Below, one piece after another: positions 37,510 to 47,950 of a DNA stretch of 64,000 nt (position 1 is its first letter; each line of letters begins with the position of its first letter). The position numbers and the translations under genes are program-made. Origin of the DNA: an uncultured archaeon (GTDB taxonomy: Archaea > Asgardarchaeota > Lokiarchaeia > Sigyniarchaeales > SOKP01); the NCBI GenBank assembly GCA_964409945.1, contig CAYPFJ010000007.1, positions 18,635 to 82,634 on the forward strand, read 5' to 3'. A model generated the notes under the pieces. The model saw only the letters and a program-made list of their open reading frames with translations. It searched no databases and was not told where the DNA came from.

Positions 37510-38682
37510 ATGAGAAATGAAATCGAAACTATCGAACTAACTCCTATTCATGTTCCTTTTAAAGATGCTGTAAAAAAAGCAATGGAACAATCCGAAGGGG
37601 GTTTGGGAATGGCTATCCCTGCGGAAGAGACATGGTTAGGTGGTGATTTCGTTATTTGTAAACTTATTACTAAAGAAGGGAGTATTGGTATTGGTGAATC
37701 ATTTCTTTGGCTCCCAGAATCTGGTATGTCTCCTTATCAAGTTATTGATTCTGTTAAGAACTGTTTGGGAAAGTACTTATTGGGTGAAAGTCCTTTTAAC
37801 ATTGAGAAGATTAATTATAGGATGGACATCAATCTTGCTAATAATAATATTGCTAAGGGTCTTTTAGATATAGCTACTTATGACCTAATGGGACAAATTA
37901 CTAATAGATCTGTATGTGAACTAATAGGTGGAAGAAACACAGATGAGATTCCTCTAGCAGCATTAATTCCTCTCGGAGAGCCCATATTGATGAAAGGTAT
38001 TACACGATCTTATTATAAAAAAGGATTCAAAACTTTTAGACTTAAATTAGGAAAAGGGGTACATGAAGATAAGGAGATAATTGAAACAATTCGAAACACC
38101 TTTGGTAATAAAATCAGATTAAGAGTGGATTATAATCAAGCTTATTCTCCTTCTATGGCTGTTAGAGCAATCAAAGAAATTGAACCTTTTGGTATTGATT
38201 ATGCTGAACAACCAGTAAGAGCCGATGATTATTTAGGGATGGCTTATGTTCAAAAGAGAGTTGATACACCATTAATGGCACATGAAGGTTTTTTCTCAAT
38301 AAAAGATTTTATATCATTAGTAGAATTAGGAGCAGTTAAGGTTCTAGGAATTAACTCAGAACGCCCCGGCGGAGTTACAAAAGCATTAAAAGCATTCGAT
38401 TACGCTAAAATGCGAGGTCTTGGAGTTGTGTTGCATAATCAACCCTTAGGAATTGCTTCAGCTATGCATATTCATTTTCACATAGCAAAATTTCATTATA
38501 TTGATTATGCAACTGAATTATTTGGTCAAGAAATGTTAATAGATGACCTTATTCTAAACTCTATTGACTATAGCGATGGTATGGCAAAATTACCAGAAGG
38601 TCCAGGCTGGGGTGTGAAATTAGATGAAAAAGCTTTAGAAAGATATTCTACAGGAGAAACCATAATTTTAGAAAAAACATAA
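37510..38682 (+). CDS. Enolase-superfamily enzyme (mandelate racemase/muconate lactonising/dipeptide epimerase family)
   Basis: FKTFRLKLG, RLRVDYNQAY, IDYAEQP, LMAHEG metal-ligand/base pattern. Confidence 0.75.
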   Translation: MRNEIETIELTPIHVPFKDAVKKAMEQSEGGLGMAIPAEETWLGGDFVICKLITKEGSIGIGESFLWLPESGMSPYQVIDSVKNCLGKYLLGESPFNIEKINYRMDINLANNNIAKGLLDIATYDLMGQITNRSVCELIGGRNTDEIPLAALIPLGEPILMKGITRSYYKKGFKTFRLKLGKGVHEDKEIIETIRNTFGNKIRLRVDYNQAYSPSMAVRAIKEIEPFGIDYAEQPVRADDYLGMAYVQKRVDTPLMAHEGFFSIKDFISLVELGAVKVLGINSERPGGVTKALKAFDYAKMRGLGVVLHNQPLGIASAMHIHFHIAKFHYIDYATELFGQEMLIDDLILNSIDYSDGMAKLPEGPGWGVKLDEKALERYSTGETIILEKT

Positions 38683-38760
38683 CCTTCCTATTAAAGATTA
38701 AATAAACTAAACTCAAAATTAAATTAAATAATCATATTTTAATTAGTGTTTTTTAGAGAG

Positions 38761-40158
38761 ATGACAATATTAATTAATAGTAATAATGTTCAACACTCCT
38801 TAAAAGTCCACATATCTTATTCTCTTGGAAGTTTTTTTGACGATTTTCTTGCAACAGCATTAAGCTTCATGGTCTTTAAATTTTACGAGACAGAAATCTT
38901 TTTACAGGTTACATTACTAACAGCTGCAATTATTATATATGGAATATGGAATATGTTTAATGATCCTTTAGCAGGATATATATCCAACCTCAAAATAAAA
39001 TATATGAGAAAATTTGGTAAACGATTTACTTGGTTTTTAATTACAGGAATCCCTTGTTCAATAATATTTGTTTTAATTTTCTTTCCCCCAATAGGTAATA
39101 ATATTTTGGTTTTTTTCTGGTTAATAATTATTTTATGTGTTTTGGATACATTGTTTTCATTTATGATTATTTCTTATCAAAGTATTTACCCTGATAAATT
39201 TCGTTCTCAAAAGGAAAGAACTAAAGTAGGTGGTGTTCAGATTTTACTTTCTCTTTTCGGTTTAACTCTTGGAACTCTATTACCAACTCTTATAATAACA
39301 AGGGGAACTCCTGGAACAAATATTGAGTCTTACGTAATTGTAGGGGCGATTGTAACTATTACCTGTATTAGTATTTGTCTTTTAATGATATACGGTATGC
39401 GTGAAGATCGACAAATGATTGATAGAACATTCCTCATAGATGATATAAATAAACCTAGAGAAAATTATTTTCTGAAACTCAAACATGCTTTAAAAGAAAA
39501 GAACTATATATCATATCTATTTGCTTATTTAGCTCAAACTACAGTAATGGTTCTCATGCTAGCATCGATTCCTTATTGGGTGCAATATGTTATGCGGGTT
39601 GATCCGTTTTACGAAATGATAATATTAATGGCATTCCTTTTAGCGAGTGTAATTTCTGCTCCATTTTGGATTTATATAGCTAGGAAATTTGGTAACAGAA
39701 TTGGGTATATGTGTGGGACAGGTGGTACTGCTACATTTTTGATTCTTACACTTTTTATTTGGGACTTTCCTCTAGTTATATTTGGATTTCTATTGATTGG
39801 CTTTAGTATGGGCGCAACATGGAGTTTAATTTATGCCACTTTTTCAGATGTTATTGATGAGATCGTTATAAAAACAGGTAAAAGAGAAGAAGGCATTTAT
39901 TATGGATTTAGGACTTTCATTGGACGCTTTTCTATAGTAATTCAAGCCCTAACATTTGGAATAATTCATCCTCTTACATCGTTTGATCCAGCAGCTTCAA
40001 CCCAGACTATACAGGCACAATGGGGGATCAATATTGGCATGTTTGCTGTTCCTGCACTTTTTTATCTTATTGGATTTCTCTTTATGTGGAAAATCTATGA
40101 TTTGAAACCTGATAAAGTATTGTTATATAAACAAAAGCTTGTTGAATTAAATCTATGA
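38761..40158 (+). CDS. MFS/GPH-family cation symporter
   Basis: About 12 hydrophobic helices and the GPH-type motif NMFNDPLAGYISN. Confidence 0.65.
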   Translation: MTILINSNNVQHSLKVHISYSLGSFFDDFLATALSFMVFKFYETEIFLQVTLLTAAIIIYGIWNMFNDPLAGYISNLKIKYMRKFGKRFTWFLITGIPCSIIFVLIFFPPIGNNILVFFWLIIILCVLDTLFSFMIISYQSIYPDKFRSQKERTKVGGVQILLSLFGLTLGTLLPTLIITRGTPGTNIESYVIVGAIVTITCISICLLMIYGMREDRQMIDRTFLIDDINKPRENYFLKLKHALKEKNYISYLFAYLAQTTVMVLMLASIPYWVQYVMRVDPFYEMIILMAFLLASVISAPFWIYIARKFGNRIGYMCGTGGTATFLILTLFIWDFPLVIFGFLLIGFSMGATWSLIYATFSDVIDEIVIKTGKREEGIYYGFRTFIGRFSIVIQALTFGIIHPLTSFDPAASTQTIQAQWGINIGMFAVPALFYLIGFLFMWKIYDLKPDKVLLYKQKLVELNL

Positions 40159-40440
40159 TTTGGAAAGATCTATTTTTTTATATCTTCTTTATTTTTTTCA
40201 TTAAATTATAAATTCCTTTAGAGATTTGAGTTATAATTCGAAAAAAGATTATTACATTACAAAATAATTGAAGAAATTTTTTATTAATCTCATTGTTTTT
40301 TGAGTAATTTAAAATATTACAGAAAATAGGGATCAATTTCTTATATTATTAGACTAAGTAAAATTTATTAGAAAACAGAATCTACATAAATTATCTTTTT
40401 TAATGAAATTTATGTAAAAAACCTGAAGAGTTAGAGAATT

Positions 40441-41730
40441 TTGGCACAGAAAAATATCTTTGAATATGATGCTAAAAAACTATTAGCAAAAGCATTACCA
40501 AAATATTATCCAAACTTTAACTATCATAATAAATTGGCTGTTATTGAAAGTACTACAAATTTAGATAAGTTAGCAGATGAAAATCCTTGGATTAAATCTG
40601 AAAAAGTAGTAGTTAAACCTGATCAACTATTTGGAAAAAGAGGTAAAGCCAAACTTCTATTATTAGATGCTGATCTTAACCAAGTAAAAAAATTCTGTAA
40701 AGAGAATTTAAATAAAGAATTTCTAATCGGTAATGTCAAAGGGGAATTAAATCGATTGTTAATTGAACCTTTTATACCGCATGAAAAAGAATATTATGTA
40801 TCCATCACCTCAGAGAGAGATAATGATGTCATTCACTTTAGTTTTGAAGGAGGTATTTTTATCGAGGAAAATTGGGATAAGGTTACCCACATTAAAGTTC
40901 CAATTAATACAGATATAAATACTTTTGATTTAGGGAACAAATTACCTAATTTAGGCGATTTAAAGACATCTTTAATTCCATTTATAAAAGGATTATATCA
41001 AGTATATGTAGACCAGGATTTTACATTTCTTGAAATAAATCCATTTGCGATTACTAAAAATAAAAAGATTGTTCCTTTAGATGTAAAAGCTCGATTAGAT
41101 GATACTGCTGCGTTTTTGCATGCTGACACTTGGGGCAATCCGGAGCATCCTATTGAATTTCCAGCGGGATTTGGTCAGAAAATGAGTGCTGAAGAAATTA
41201 AAATTAAAGAACTTGATGAAAAAACAGGAGCTTCACTTAAATTGACTATCTTAAATCGAGAAGGTCGTGTCTGGACGATGGTAGCTGGGGGTGGAGCAAG
41301 TGTTATTTATACTGATACTATAGCAGATCTTGGTTTTTCAGAAGAATTGGGTAATTATGGAGAATATTCAGGTAATCCTTCCCAAGAACATACTGAAATT
41401 TATGCTCAAACTGTAATTGACATCATTACAGAAAAACCAGATCCTAAAGGGAGAGAAAAATATTTAATAATTGGAGGAGGAATTGCAAATTTTACTGACG
41501 TGAAGGCTACTTTTGGAGGCATTGTTAGTGTGATAAAGAATTCAGTTGATAAATTAAAGAGAGCAAATGTGAAAATCTTAGTTCGCAGAGGTGGTCCTAA
41601 TGAAAAACAAGGTTTAGAATTAATGAGAAAAGTTGGAGAAGAAACAGGGATTCCTATTGACATTTATGATCGATATAGTAGTATGACGCGTCCTGTATCT
41701 CGAATGATTGAAAAAATGAGAGGTGAATAA
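40441..41730 (+). CDS. aclB: ATP-citrate lyase, small (ATP-grasp/citrate-binding) subunit; TTG start
   Basis: NPWIKSEKVVVKPDQLFGKRGK closely parallels ACLY [22 protein letters not shown]. An in-frame TAG at 40432-40434 forces the TTG at 40441. The large subunit follows. Confidence 0.85.
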   Translation: MAQKNIFEYDAKKLLAKALPKYYPNFNYHNKLAVIESTTNLDKLADENPWIKSEKVVVKPDQLFGKRGKAKLLLLDADLNQVKKFCKENLNKEFLIGNVKGELNRLLIEPFIPHEKEYYVSITSERDNDVIHFSFEGGIFIEENWDKVTHIKVPINTDINTFDLGNKLPNLGDLKTSLIPFIKGLYQVYVDQDFTFLEINPFAITKNKKIVPLDVKARLDDTAAFLHADTWGNPEHPIEFPAGFGQKMSAEEIKIKELDEKTGASLKLTILNREGRVWTMVAGGGASVIYTDTIADLGFSEELGNYGEYSGNPSQEHTEIYAQTVIDIITEKPDPKGREKYLIIGGGIANFTDVKATFGGIVSVIKNSVDKLKRANVKILVRRGGPNEKQGLELMRKVGEETGIPIDIYDRYSSMTRPVSRMIEKMRGE

Positions 41731-41733
41731 TAA

Positions 41734-43569
41734 TTGGAAAGTTATGAGTTATTTAATGAAGATACCCAATCCATAATATATGGCCTTCAAGCTGCGCCCG
41801 TTCAAAGAATGCTTGATTTTGATTATGTTTGTAGACGAAAAAAACCCTCTGTTGCAGCAATGATTCAGCCCACTCAAGAAGCAGCAGTAGCGTATCATAA
41901 AGCTTTTTGGGGAAGCAAAGAAGTTGTTATACCCGTTTATAAAACACTTGAAATGGCAGTTAAAAAGCATCCTAATGCTGATGTCATGATAAACTTTGCA
42001 TCTTTTCGATCTGCTTATGATACAAGTAAAGAAGCACTTGAAGCAGGTAATATTCGAGTAGTGGTTATTATCGCGGAAGGCATGCCAGAAAGACAAAGTA
42101 GACTTTTAATTAAAATCGCTAATGAAAAAAATAAAATCATCATAGGTCCCGCAACAGTAGGCGGTATAAAGGCTGGGGCATTTAAGATCGCTAATACAGC
42201 GGGAACACTTGAAAATATCATTCTTTCAAAGTTATATCGCCCTGGTTCAGTAGGTTTTGTTTCTAAGTCTGGTGGTCTGAGTAATGAAATGAATTTTATG
42301 ATCGCTCAAAATACGGATGGAGTTTATGAATCCATAGCAATTGGAGGAGATCGTTATCCTGGTTCGAGATTAATTGATCATCTTTTTCGTTATGAAATAA
42401 ATCCAAATATCAAAATGTTAGTTTGTCTTGGAGAGATTGGTGGAACTGAGGAATATGAGATCGTAGATGCTTTAAAGAATAAAAAGATTACTAAACCACT
42501 CGTTATATGGGTAACTGGTACAGCAGCTAAAATTTTACCTCAAGGTTTACAATTTGGACATGCTGGTGCTATGGCAGGTACTTCAAAAGAGACTGCTGAT
42601 GCTAAAAATCAAGCCTTAAAGGAAGCTGGAGCACTTGTCCCGGAATCTTATGAAGATTTTGATAAATTGATCAAAAAAATTTATGAAAAGCTAGTAAAAG
42701 AAGGAAAACTTAAACCTGCCAAAGATATTGAGCCTCCTAAGATTCCTACTGATTTTAATGAGGCAATAAGATTAGGAATAGTTAGAAGACCCTCTGATGT
42801 TGTAGTAACTATCAGTGATGATCGAGGAGATGTTCCTACATTCGCAGGGGTTGGATTGGAGGATATAATTAGAGGTAATCGATCAATTGGGTATGTTATT
42901 GGCCTCTTATGGTTTAAGCGAGAGTTGCCGGAGTTTGCTCAACAATTTATTGAAATGGTAATTAAATTAACAGCAGATCATGGTCCTGCAGTATCAGGAG
43001 CACATAACGCTATAATTACTGCTCGTGCGGGGAAAGACCTTATGTCAGCTTTAGCAAGTGGGATTTTAACAATTGGTCCTAGATTTGGGGGCGCAATATC
43101 AGATGCAGCAAAATATGTGAGGGAAGCCTTACAAAATGGAATGAAACCAGCAGAGTTTATAAAATATATGAAAGATGTTATTAAAATTAATATTCCAGGA
43201 ATAGGACATCGAATTAAATCCGTTCAAAATCCAGATGTAAGAGTTGTCTTACTTAAGGAATTTGTATTTAAAAATTTTCAAAAGCATCCACACTTAGATT
43301 TTGCTCTAGAGGTAGAAAAACTAACAACTGCTAAAAGGAATAATCTTATATTGAATGTTGATGGTTGTATAGGGATTACATTTTTAGACTTATTAGAAAA
43401 TTTAGATTTTACACCTGAAGAAATTGAAGATGTGATATATAGCGAAGCATTAAATGGTCTATTCGTCCTTGGACGTTCAATTGGGATGATGGGACACGTA
43501 TTTGATCAGAAGCGACAACGGGCTGGACTTTATAGACAGCCGTGGGATGAAATTTTGTTTTCAGAATAG
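41734..43569 (+). CDS. aclA: ATP-citrate lyase, large subunit (CoA-binding, phospho-His, citryl-CoA lyase domain); TTG start
   Basis: RMLDFDYVC, catalytic His loop LQFGHAGAMAG, citrate-synthase-like C-terminus (ADHGPAVSGAHN, GHRIKS). TAA at 41731-33 immediately precedes the TTG. Confidence 0.85.
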   Translation: MESYELFNEDTQSIIYGLQAAPVQRMLDFDYVCRRKKPSVAAMIQPTQEAAVAYHKAFWGSKEVVIPVYKTLEMAVKKHPNADVMINFASFRSAYDTSKEALEAGNIRVVVIIAEGMPERQSRLLIKIANEKNKIIIGPATVGGIKAGAFKIANTAGTLENIILSKLYRPGSVGFVSKSGGLSNEMNFMIAQNTDGVYESIAIGGDRYPGSRLIDHLFRYEINPNIKMLVCLGEIGGTEEYEIVDALKNKKITKPLVIWVTGTAAKILPQGLQFGHAGAMAGTSKETADAKNQALKEAGALVPESYEDFDKLIKKIYEKLVKEGKLKPAKDIEPPKIPTDFNEAIRLGIVRRPSDVVVTISDDRGDVPTFAGVGLEDIIRGNRSIGYVIGLLWFKRELPEFAQQFIEMVIKLTADHGPAVSGAHNAIITARAGKDLMSALASGILTIGPRFGGAISDAAKYVREALQNGMKPAEFIKYMKDVIKINIPGIGHRIKSVQNPDVRVVLLKEFVFKNFQKHPHLDFALEVEKLTTAKRNNLILNVDGCIGITFLDLLENLDFTPEEIEDVIYSEALNGLFVLGRSIGMMGHVFDQKRQRAGLYRQPWDEILFSE

Positions 43570-43646
43570 AAATCTAGTTGATTAAGAATTAGAAGTATCA
43601 TTAAAATAACAAATCAAAATCTTAAAAATTAAAATTAGAAGTATAA

Positions 43647-43687
43647 AGATTTTATTGGCATCAATAAAATCTCTTTGAATTTTTTCT
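43647..43687 (+). terminator. Perfect 11-bp inverted repeat plus T-run downstream of aclA
   Basis: AGATTTTATTG-gcat-CAATAAAATCT (43647-43672) followed by ctttgaaTTTTTTc. Archaeal termination mainly needs oligo-T, so the hairpin's role is uncertain. Confidence 0.35.
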
Positions 43688-43762
43688 GAGCAATCTTTAT
43701 ATAGTAGTTTGATCTTATTTTTAAATTAACTTTTAATTGTTAGATTAATAGTTTAAGAGGGT

Positions 43763-45490
43763 GTGATTGTTCTGGTTGAATTAAAGGAAGTTCATAAAAA
43801 TATAATTTTCGCAGTTGTTATCTCGTTTGTTATCTTTATCCTTGGCGTGTTCATAAACTTTATAATTGTTCGATTCATACCAGGTGACCCCGCATGGCAA
43901 TATCTCGCTTCTATGGGAATTTTATCTCCCACACCTCAACAATTACAAGATGCTTTACATGAATTAGGATTTGATCAACCGATTATCATCCAATTTTTTA
44001 GATATTTAGGTAATCTATTTACAGGTAATTGGGGAATCTCAATTGCTATAAGTGGAGGCATGCCAGTCACTGAAATGCTTCGAAGGGCGGTTCCTAGAAC
44101 TATTGAAGTTATTTTTATTCCTTTAATAATAGGACTAGTAGTAGGTATTGTACTTGGCAGACTTTCAAGAAAATTTGAAGATCATAAGATTGGAAAATAT
44201 ATTAATATATACGTAGCTGTTGCTATTGCAGTTCCTACATTTGTATTTGCAATGATCTTTCAATTAGTGTTTGGTTATATCTTGAACGTTTTACCAGTAT
44301 TTGGTTATAAGACTCTTTCATACGAAGATCCACCATTATTAACTGGATTTCTCATAATAGATTCTTTAATTGAGGGAAATTTAGCTTTAGCGGTAGATAT
44401 CCTACTGCATTTTATATTGCCAGAATTATGTTTAACTCTTATCATTACTGCACTTGTAACTAGACAATATCGTTCTACTATAGAAAGTAATGCTATCACT
44501 ACTACTAAATCTTTAATATCAAACACAGCAACTATTGGTTATCATTTTGGATTTATTTTTACCTCAATTATTTTAGTAGAAACTACTTTCAATATAGGTG
44601 GTTTTGGTAGTTATTTTCTAAATGCAATAATTCTTGGAGATTTTTTCGTTATAATCGCATTTGTTAATATGATTGTTATCTTTTTAGCTATCACCTCAGT
44701 TGTTTTAAATATCATTTTTAGTGTACGTGAACCGGAGCAGTTTATATCTCCTGGATCTTTTGACGAAACTTATCCGCATTTAAAATGGAAATCTCCTCTT
44801 ACAATCATTGGATTAATAATAATTGGCTTTTTTATTATAGTTGCAGTATACCCTGAAATGATAAGCCAATACTCTCTCACAGAATTAAAAGGTTTTTTTC
44901 CAGGATCATGGCAACCACCATCTTCAGATCATCTTTTAGGAACAGGAGATTCTGGGCGTGATATGCTTAGTCAGATTGTTTGGGGTGTAGCATTCTCAAT
45001 TTTGGTGGGAATTGGAGCTGTTGTTATAGGGATATTAGGAGGATTATTATTTGGACTTATTGCTGGTAGATTAAACGAAAGAGGTAAAAATTTACTTACA
45101 GGATTTACATTAGTTATATATATAATTCCAAGCGTAATTCTGGTTTTTCTGATATCTTTGATCTTTGGAAATAATTTTGTAATTACAATGATACTTATTG
45201 GGATAGTGCTTATTCCGAGCTTTACAAGGATAACTGCTAATGCTTCTACTTTAGAAATTAATGTATTTAAATCAATTATAAAGTATCTACCATTAATGTT
45301 TGGTATCGCAATTATACTTTTTGAATCTATTAACTTTTTAGGATTCTCAGATTCAAATATTATTACTTTAGGACAACTTGTTAATGAAGGGAGATTTCAT
45401 TTGTATGATTATTATGGAGCATCTATTTTTCCAGGAATAGCGATTATCCTTATGGTTACTGGTTTAATTCTTTTATATGAAGGATTATAA
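43763..45490 (+). CDS. Fused ABC-transporter permease (OppB/DppB-like N-half + OppC/DppC-like C-half); GTG start
   Basis: N-half VRFIPGDPA; C-half SSDHLLGTGDSGRDMLSQIVWG. More than 10 hydrophobic helices. No ATPase or binding-protein gene is adjacent. Confidence 0.65.
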   Translation: MIVLVELKEVHKNIIFAVVISFVIFILGVFINFIIVRFIPGDPAWQYLASMGILSPTPQQLQDALHELGFDQPIIIQFFRYLGNLFTGNWGISIAISGGMPVTEMLRRAVPRTIEVIFIPLIIGLVVGIVLGRLSRKFEDHKIGKYINIYVAVAIAVPTFVFAMIFQLVFGYILNVLPVFGYKTLSYEDPPLLTGFLIIDSLIEGNLALAVDILLHFILPELCLTLIITALVTRQYRSTIESNAITTTKSLISNTATIGYHFGFIFTSIILVETTFNIGGFGSYFLNAIILGDFFVIIAFVNMIVIFLAITSVVLNIIFSVREPEQFISPGSFDETYPHLKWKSPLTIIGLIIIGFFIIVAVYPEMISQYSLTELKGFFPGSWQPPSSDHLLGTGDSGRDMLSQIVWGVAFSILVGIGAVVIGILGGLLFGLIAGRLNERGKNLLTGFTLVIYIIPSVILVFLISLIFGNNFVITMILIGIVLIPSFTRITANASTLEINVFKSIIKYLPLMFGIAIILFESINFLGFSDSNIITLGQLVNEGRFHLYDYYGASIFPGIAIILMVTGLILLYEGL

Positions 45491-45685
45491 AAGTATTTAT
45501 ACTTTAAAATTAGAGGATTTAAAAATCCTTATTAAATCTTTTAAATTATATTGTTAAAAGTAAAATTGTAATTATCCAATGGGAAGTATATGGGTAGTAT
45601 TCCATTGAAATTACATAAATCAGAATCAATAAAAGTAATAGAAAATTCAGAAAATAAAAATATTTTATTCGAGGATTAGAAGAAA

Positions 45686-46894
45686 ATGAATGATGTAATC
45701 GAAAATGCTAGAAATCATTTTGAAAAACTTGTGAGAGAACAGTTAAATAGAATTGAGAATTTGAAAAAAGGCGCAGATTGGATAGATTATTCTACTCTGA
45801 AACCAATAATTATCGGTGTTGCTGGTGGTGATGGAATAGGTCCAGAAATCACAGAACACGCAGAAGAGATTCTAAAATTTCTTTTGAAAGATGAAGTTAA
45901 AAACGGAAAGGTAGAATTTAAAGATATTGAAGGGCTCACTATTGAAAATAGAGCAAATCTAATGAAAGCAATTCCCGACGAATCCTTAGAACAATTAAAA
46001 AAGTGTCATATTATTTTAAAAGGTCCTACTCATACACCAAGTTCAGCTGATTTGGCTTCTGGAAAATGGCCAAATCTCGAAAGTGCGAATGTTGCTATGC
46101 GAAGAGAATTAGATTTATTTGCAAATGTTCGTCCAGTAAAAGTTCCTGATCAAGGAATTGATTGGATATTTTTCAGAGAAAATACTGAAGGAGCTTATGT
46201 GTTGGGTTCAAAAGGAATTAGAGTAACTGATGATTTAGCTTTTGACTTCTGTGTGCATACAAAACAGGGAACCGATCGTATTTTAAGATTAGCGTTTGAG
46301 TATGCTAAAAAAACAGGGCTTAATAAGGTTTCATTGGTGACAAAAGCTAATGTAGTCAAAACGACAGATGGAATGTATTTAAACATGGCAAAAGAAATTG
46401 CTAAAAATGATTATCCAGAAGTAAAATTCGATGACTGGTACATTGATATCATGGCAGCAAAATTGATTGACCCAACACGTCAATCAGAATTTAAAGTATT
46501 TGTAGCACCAAATCTATATGGAGATATCATAACTGATGAAGCCGCTCAGATTCAAGGTTCTGTTGGTACTGCAGGTAGTGCAAATATTGGCAAACGATAT
46601 GCAATGTTTGAAGCAATTCATGGTACTGCTCCAAGAATGGTAGAAACAGGTAGAATTCAATATGCAGATCCAACTAGTATTATAAAAGCATCTGCAATGC
46701 TGTTAAATCATATTGGATTTATAGAAAAAGCTAAAAAACTAGAAATGGCGTTGGATATTTGTGCTATTTATGAAAAGAGACTTAAAATTACAGGTAGAGA
46801 TACTGGAGCTACAGGGGAAGAATATGCAAAATATATTATGGAAACATTAAAAGCTCCTAATCTTGAGGAAAAGTGGAAAAGTTTTCAGAAGTAA
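45686..46894 (+). CDS. icd: Isocitrate dehydrogenase (isocitrate/isopropylmalate dehydrogenase family)
   Basis: GGDGIGPEI, SANVAMRRELDLFANVRPV (compare E. coli Icd SLNVALRQELDLY), NLYGDIITDEAAQIQGSVG. 402 aa. Confidence 0.8.
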   Translation: MNDVIENARNHFEKLVREQLNRIENLKKGADWIDYSTLKPIIIGVAGGDGIGPEITEHAEEILKFLLKDEVKNGKVEFKDIEGLTIENRANLMKAIPDESLEQLKKCHIILKGPTHTPSSADLASGKWPNLESANVAMRRELDLFANVRPVKVPDQGIDWIFFRENTEGAYVLGSKGIRVTDDLAFDFCVHTKQGTDRILRLAFEYAKKTGLNKVSLVTKANVVKTTDGMYLNMAKEIAKNDYPEVKFDDWYIDIMAAKLIDPTRQSEFKVFVAPNLYGDIITDEAAQIQGSVGTAGSANIGKRYAMFEAIHGTAPRMVETGRIQYADPTSIIKASAMLLNHIGFIEKAKKLEMALDICAIYEKRLKITGRDTGATGEEYAKYIMETLKAPNLEEKWKSFQK

Positions 46895-46989
46895 AGAAAA
46901 ACCCTATTCAATTTTTATTCAAATTATAAATTTTTTTATATCTTTTACTTTATTGCCATATAACAAGAATATTTAAGGCATAATATTTA

Positions 46990-47280
46990 ATGCAAATTGG
47001 GATTATTGCACCTGGAAGTCAAGGGGATGTTCAACCATTTCTAGCTCTCGGAAAGGGTTTAACAAAAGCTGGAAATACTGTACGTTTGGTAACAAATCAA
47101 GATTATGAAAAACAAGTAAAATCACATGGAATAGAATTCTGGCCAATCGAAGTCAATATGGAAGATATTATCAGAACTGAAAAAATGCGTGAACAGGCAG
47201 CTGAGTTAGGAACTAAAATTCAAGCTGAAGATGGTGTTTCAAGGGCAATCGATATAATAGAAAATTATATTGGGATGTAA
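46990..47280 (+). pseudogene. Internally deleted remnant of a GT1/GT28-N-type glycosyltransferase (96 aa versus about 400 aa)
   Basis: The N-terminal 55 aa, MQIGIIAPGSQGDVQPFLALGKGLTKAGNTVRLVTNQDYEKQVKSHGIEFWPI, is the canonical GS(R/Q)GDVQPF start. It is joined in frame to a C-terminal-type tail ..REQAAELGTKIQAEDGVSRAIDIIE. The donor-binding domain is missing. Confidence 0.5.
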
Positions 47281-47317
47281 TTTGAAAGAAAACCTCGTTT
47301 TGCTATGTCTTAATTTG

Positions 47318-47947
47318 TCATATATCCCTTAATTGCTCGAAAAACTCATCTGGATCATCTATTCCAGATTTTAACAATGCATATTCTCGTTGTATTTCAA
47401 GTTCCTTGCTAGTTAAGCTCAAATATTCCTTGTCTAGTTCATCTTGAAAACGTAACCAACAACCCAAAGCATCAGTATTATCTTGCCAGCCTCCAAATAC
47501 AAGTTTACTTAATATATAGTCCTCTTTCGAGGCAACCCAACACTCTAATCCTCCAAAATTAATTCTAACCCTTCTTTTTAAACCGAGCGGTCCAATTTTC
47601 TTATATTTACTATAGCTTTTTCGATAAATGATATAATTATCAAATTTAATAACTTGCTGCTTATCTAAAAACTGTAATAACTGGAGATCTTTTGCTATCA
47701 TTGAAGCAGAAATCCAGTCTTTTATTGGGTAAAATTCATTCTTTTTTAATAGTTCAATATATGTATATATATTATGATTAACTGAATAGATATCAACAAC
47801 AAAATCAATATCTTGTGTTGTTCAAGTCTCAGAATAAATGCTTACTAAAATTCCTCCAACTAAATAATATTTAATACCAAATTCTTTCTCAATTTTTTCT
47901 AAAAAAGTAATGATTTGAAATAAAGCATTTTCATATCGCACTTCCAT
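47318..47947 (-). pseudogene. Minimal nucleotidyltransferase-fold protein interrupted by in-frame TGA (47822..47824) at the conserved Arg position
   Basis: Own translation upstream of track ORF 47318..47701, same frame: MEVRYENALFQIITFLEKIEKEFGIKYYLVGGILVSIYSET[TGA]TTQDIDFVVDIY... Family pattern is GG.a...yg..R.T.DiDf. Confidence 0.5.
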
Positions 47948-47950
47948 AAC

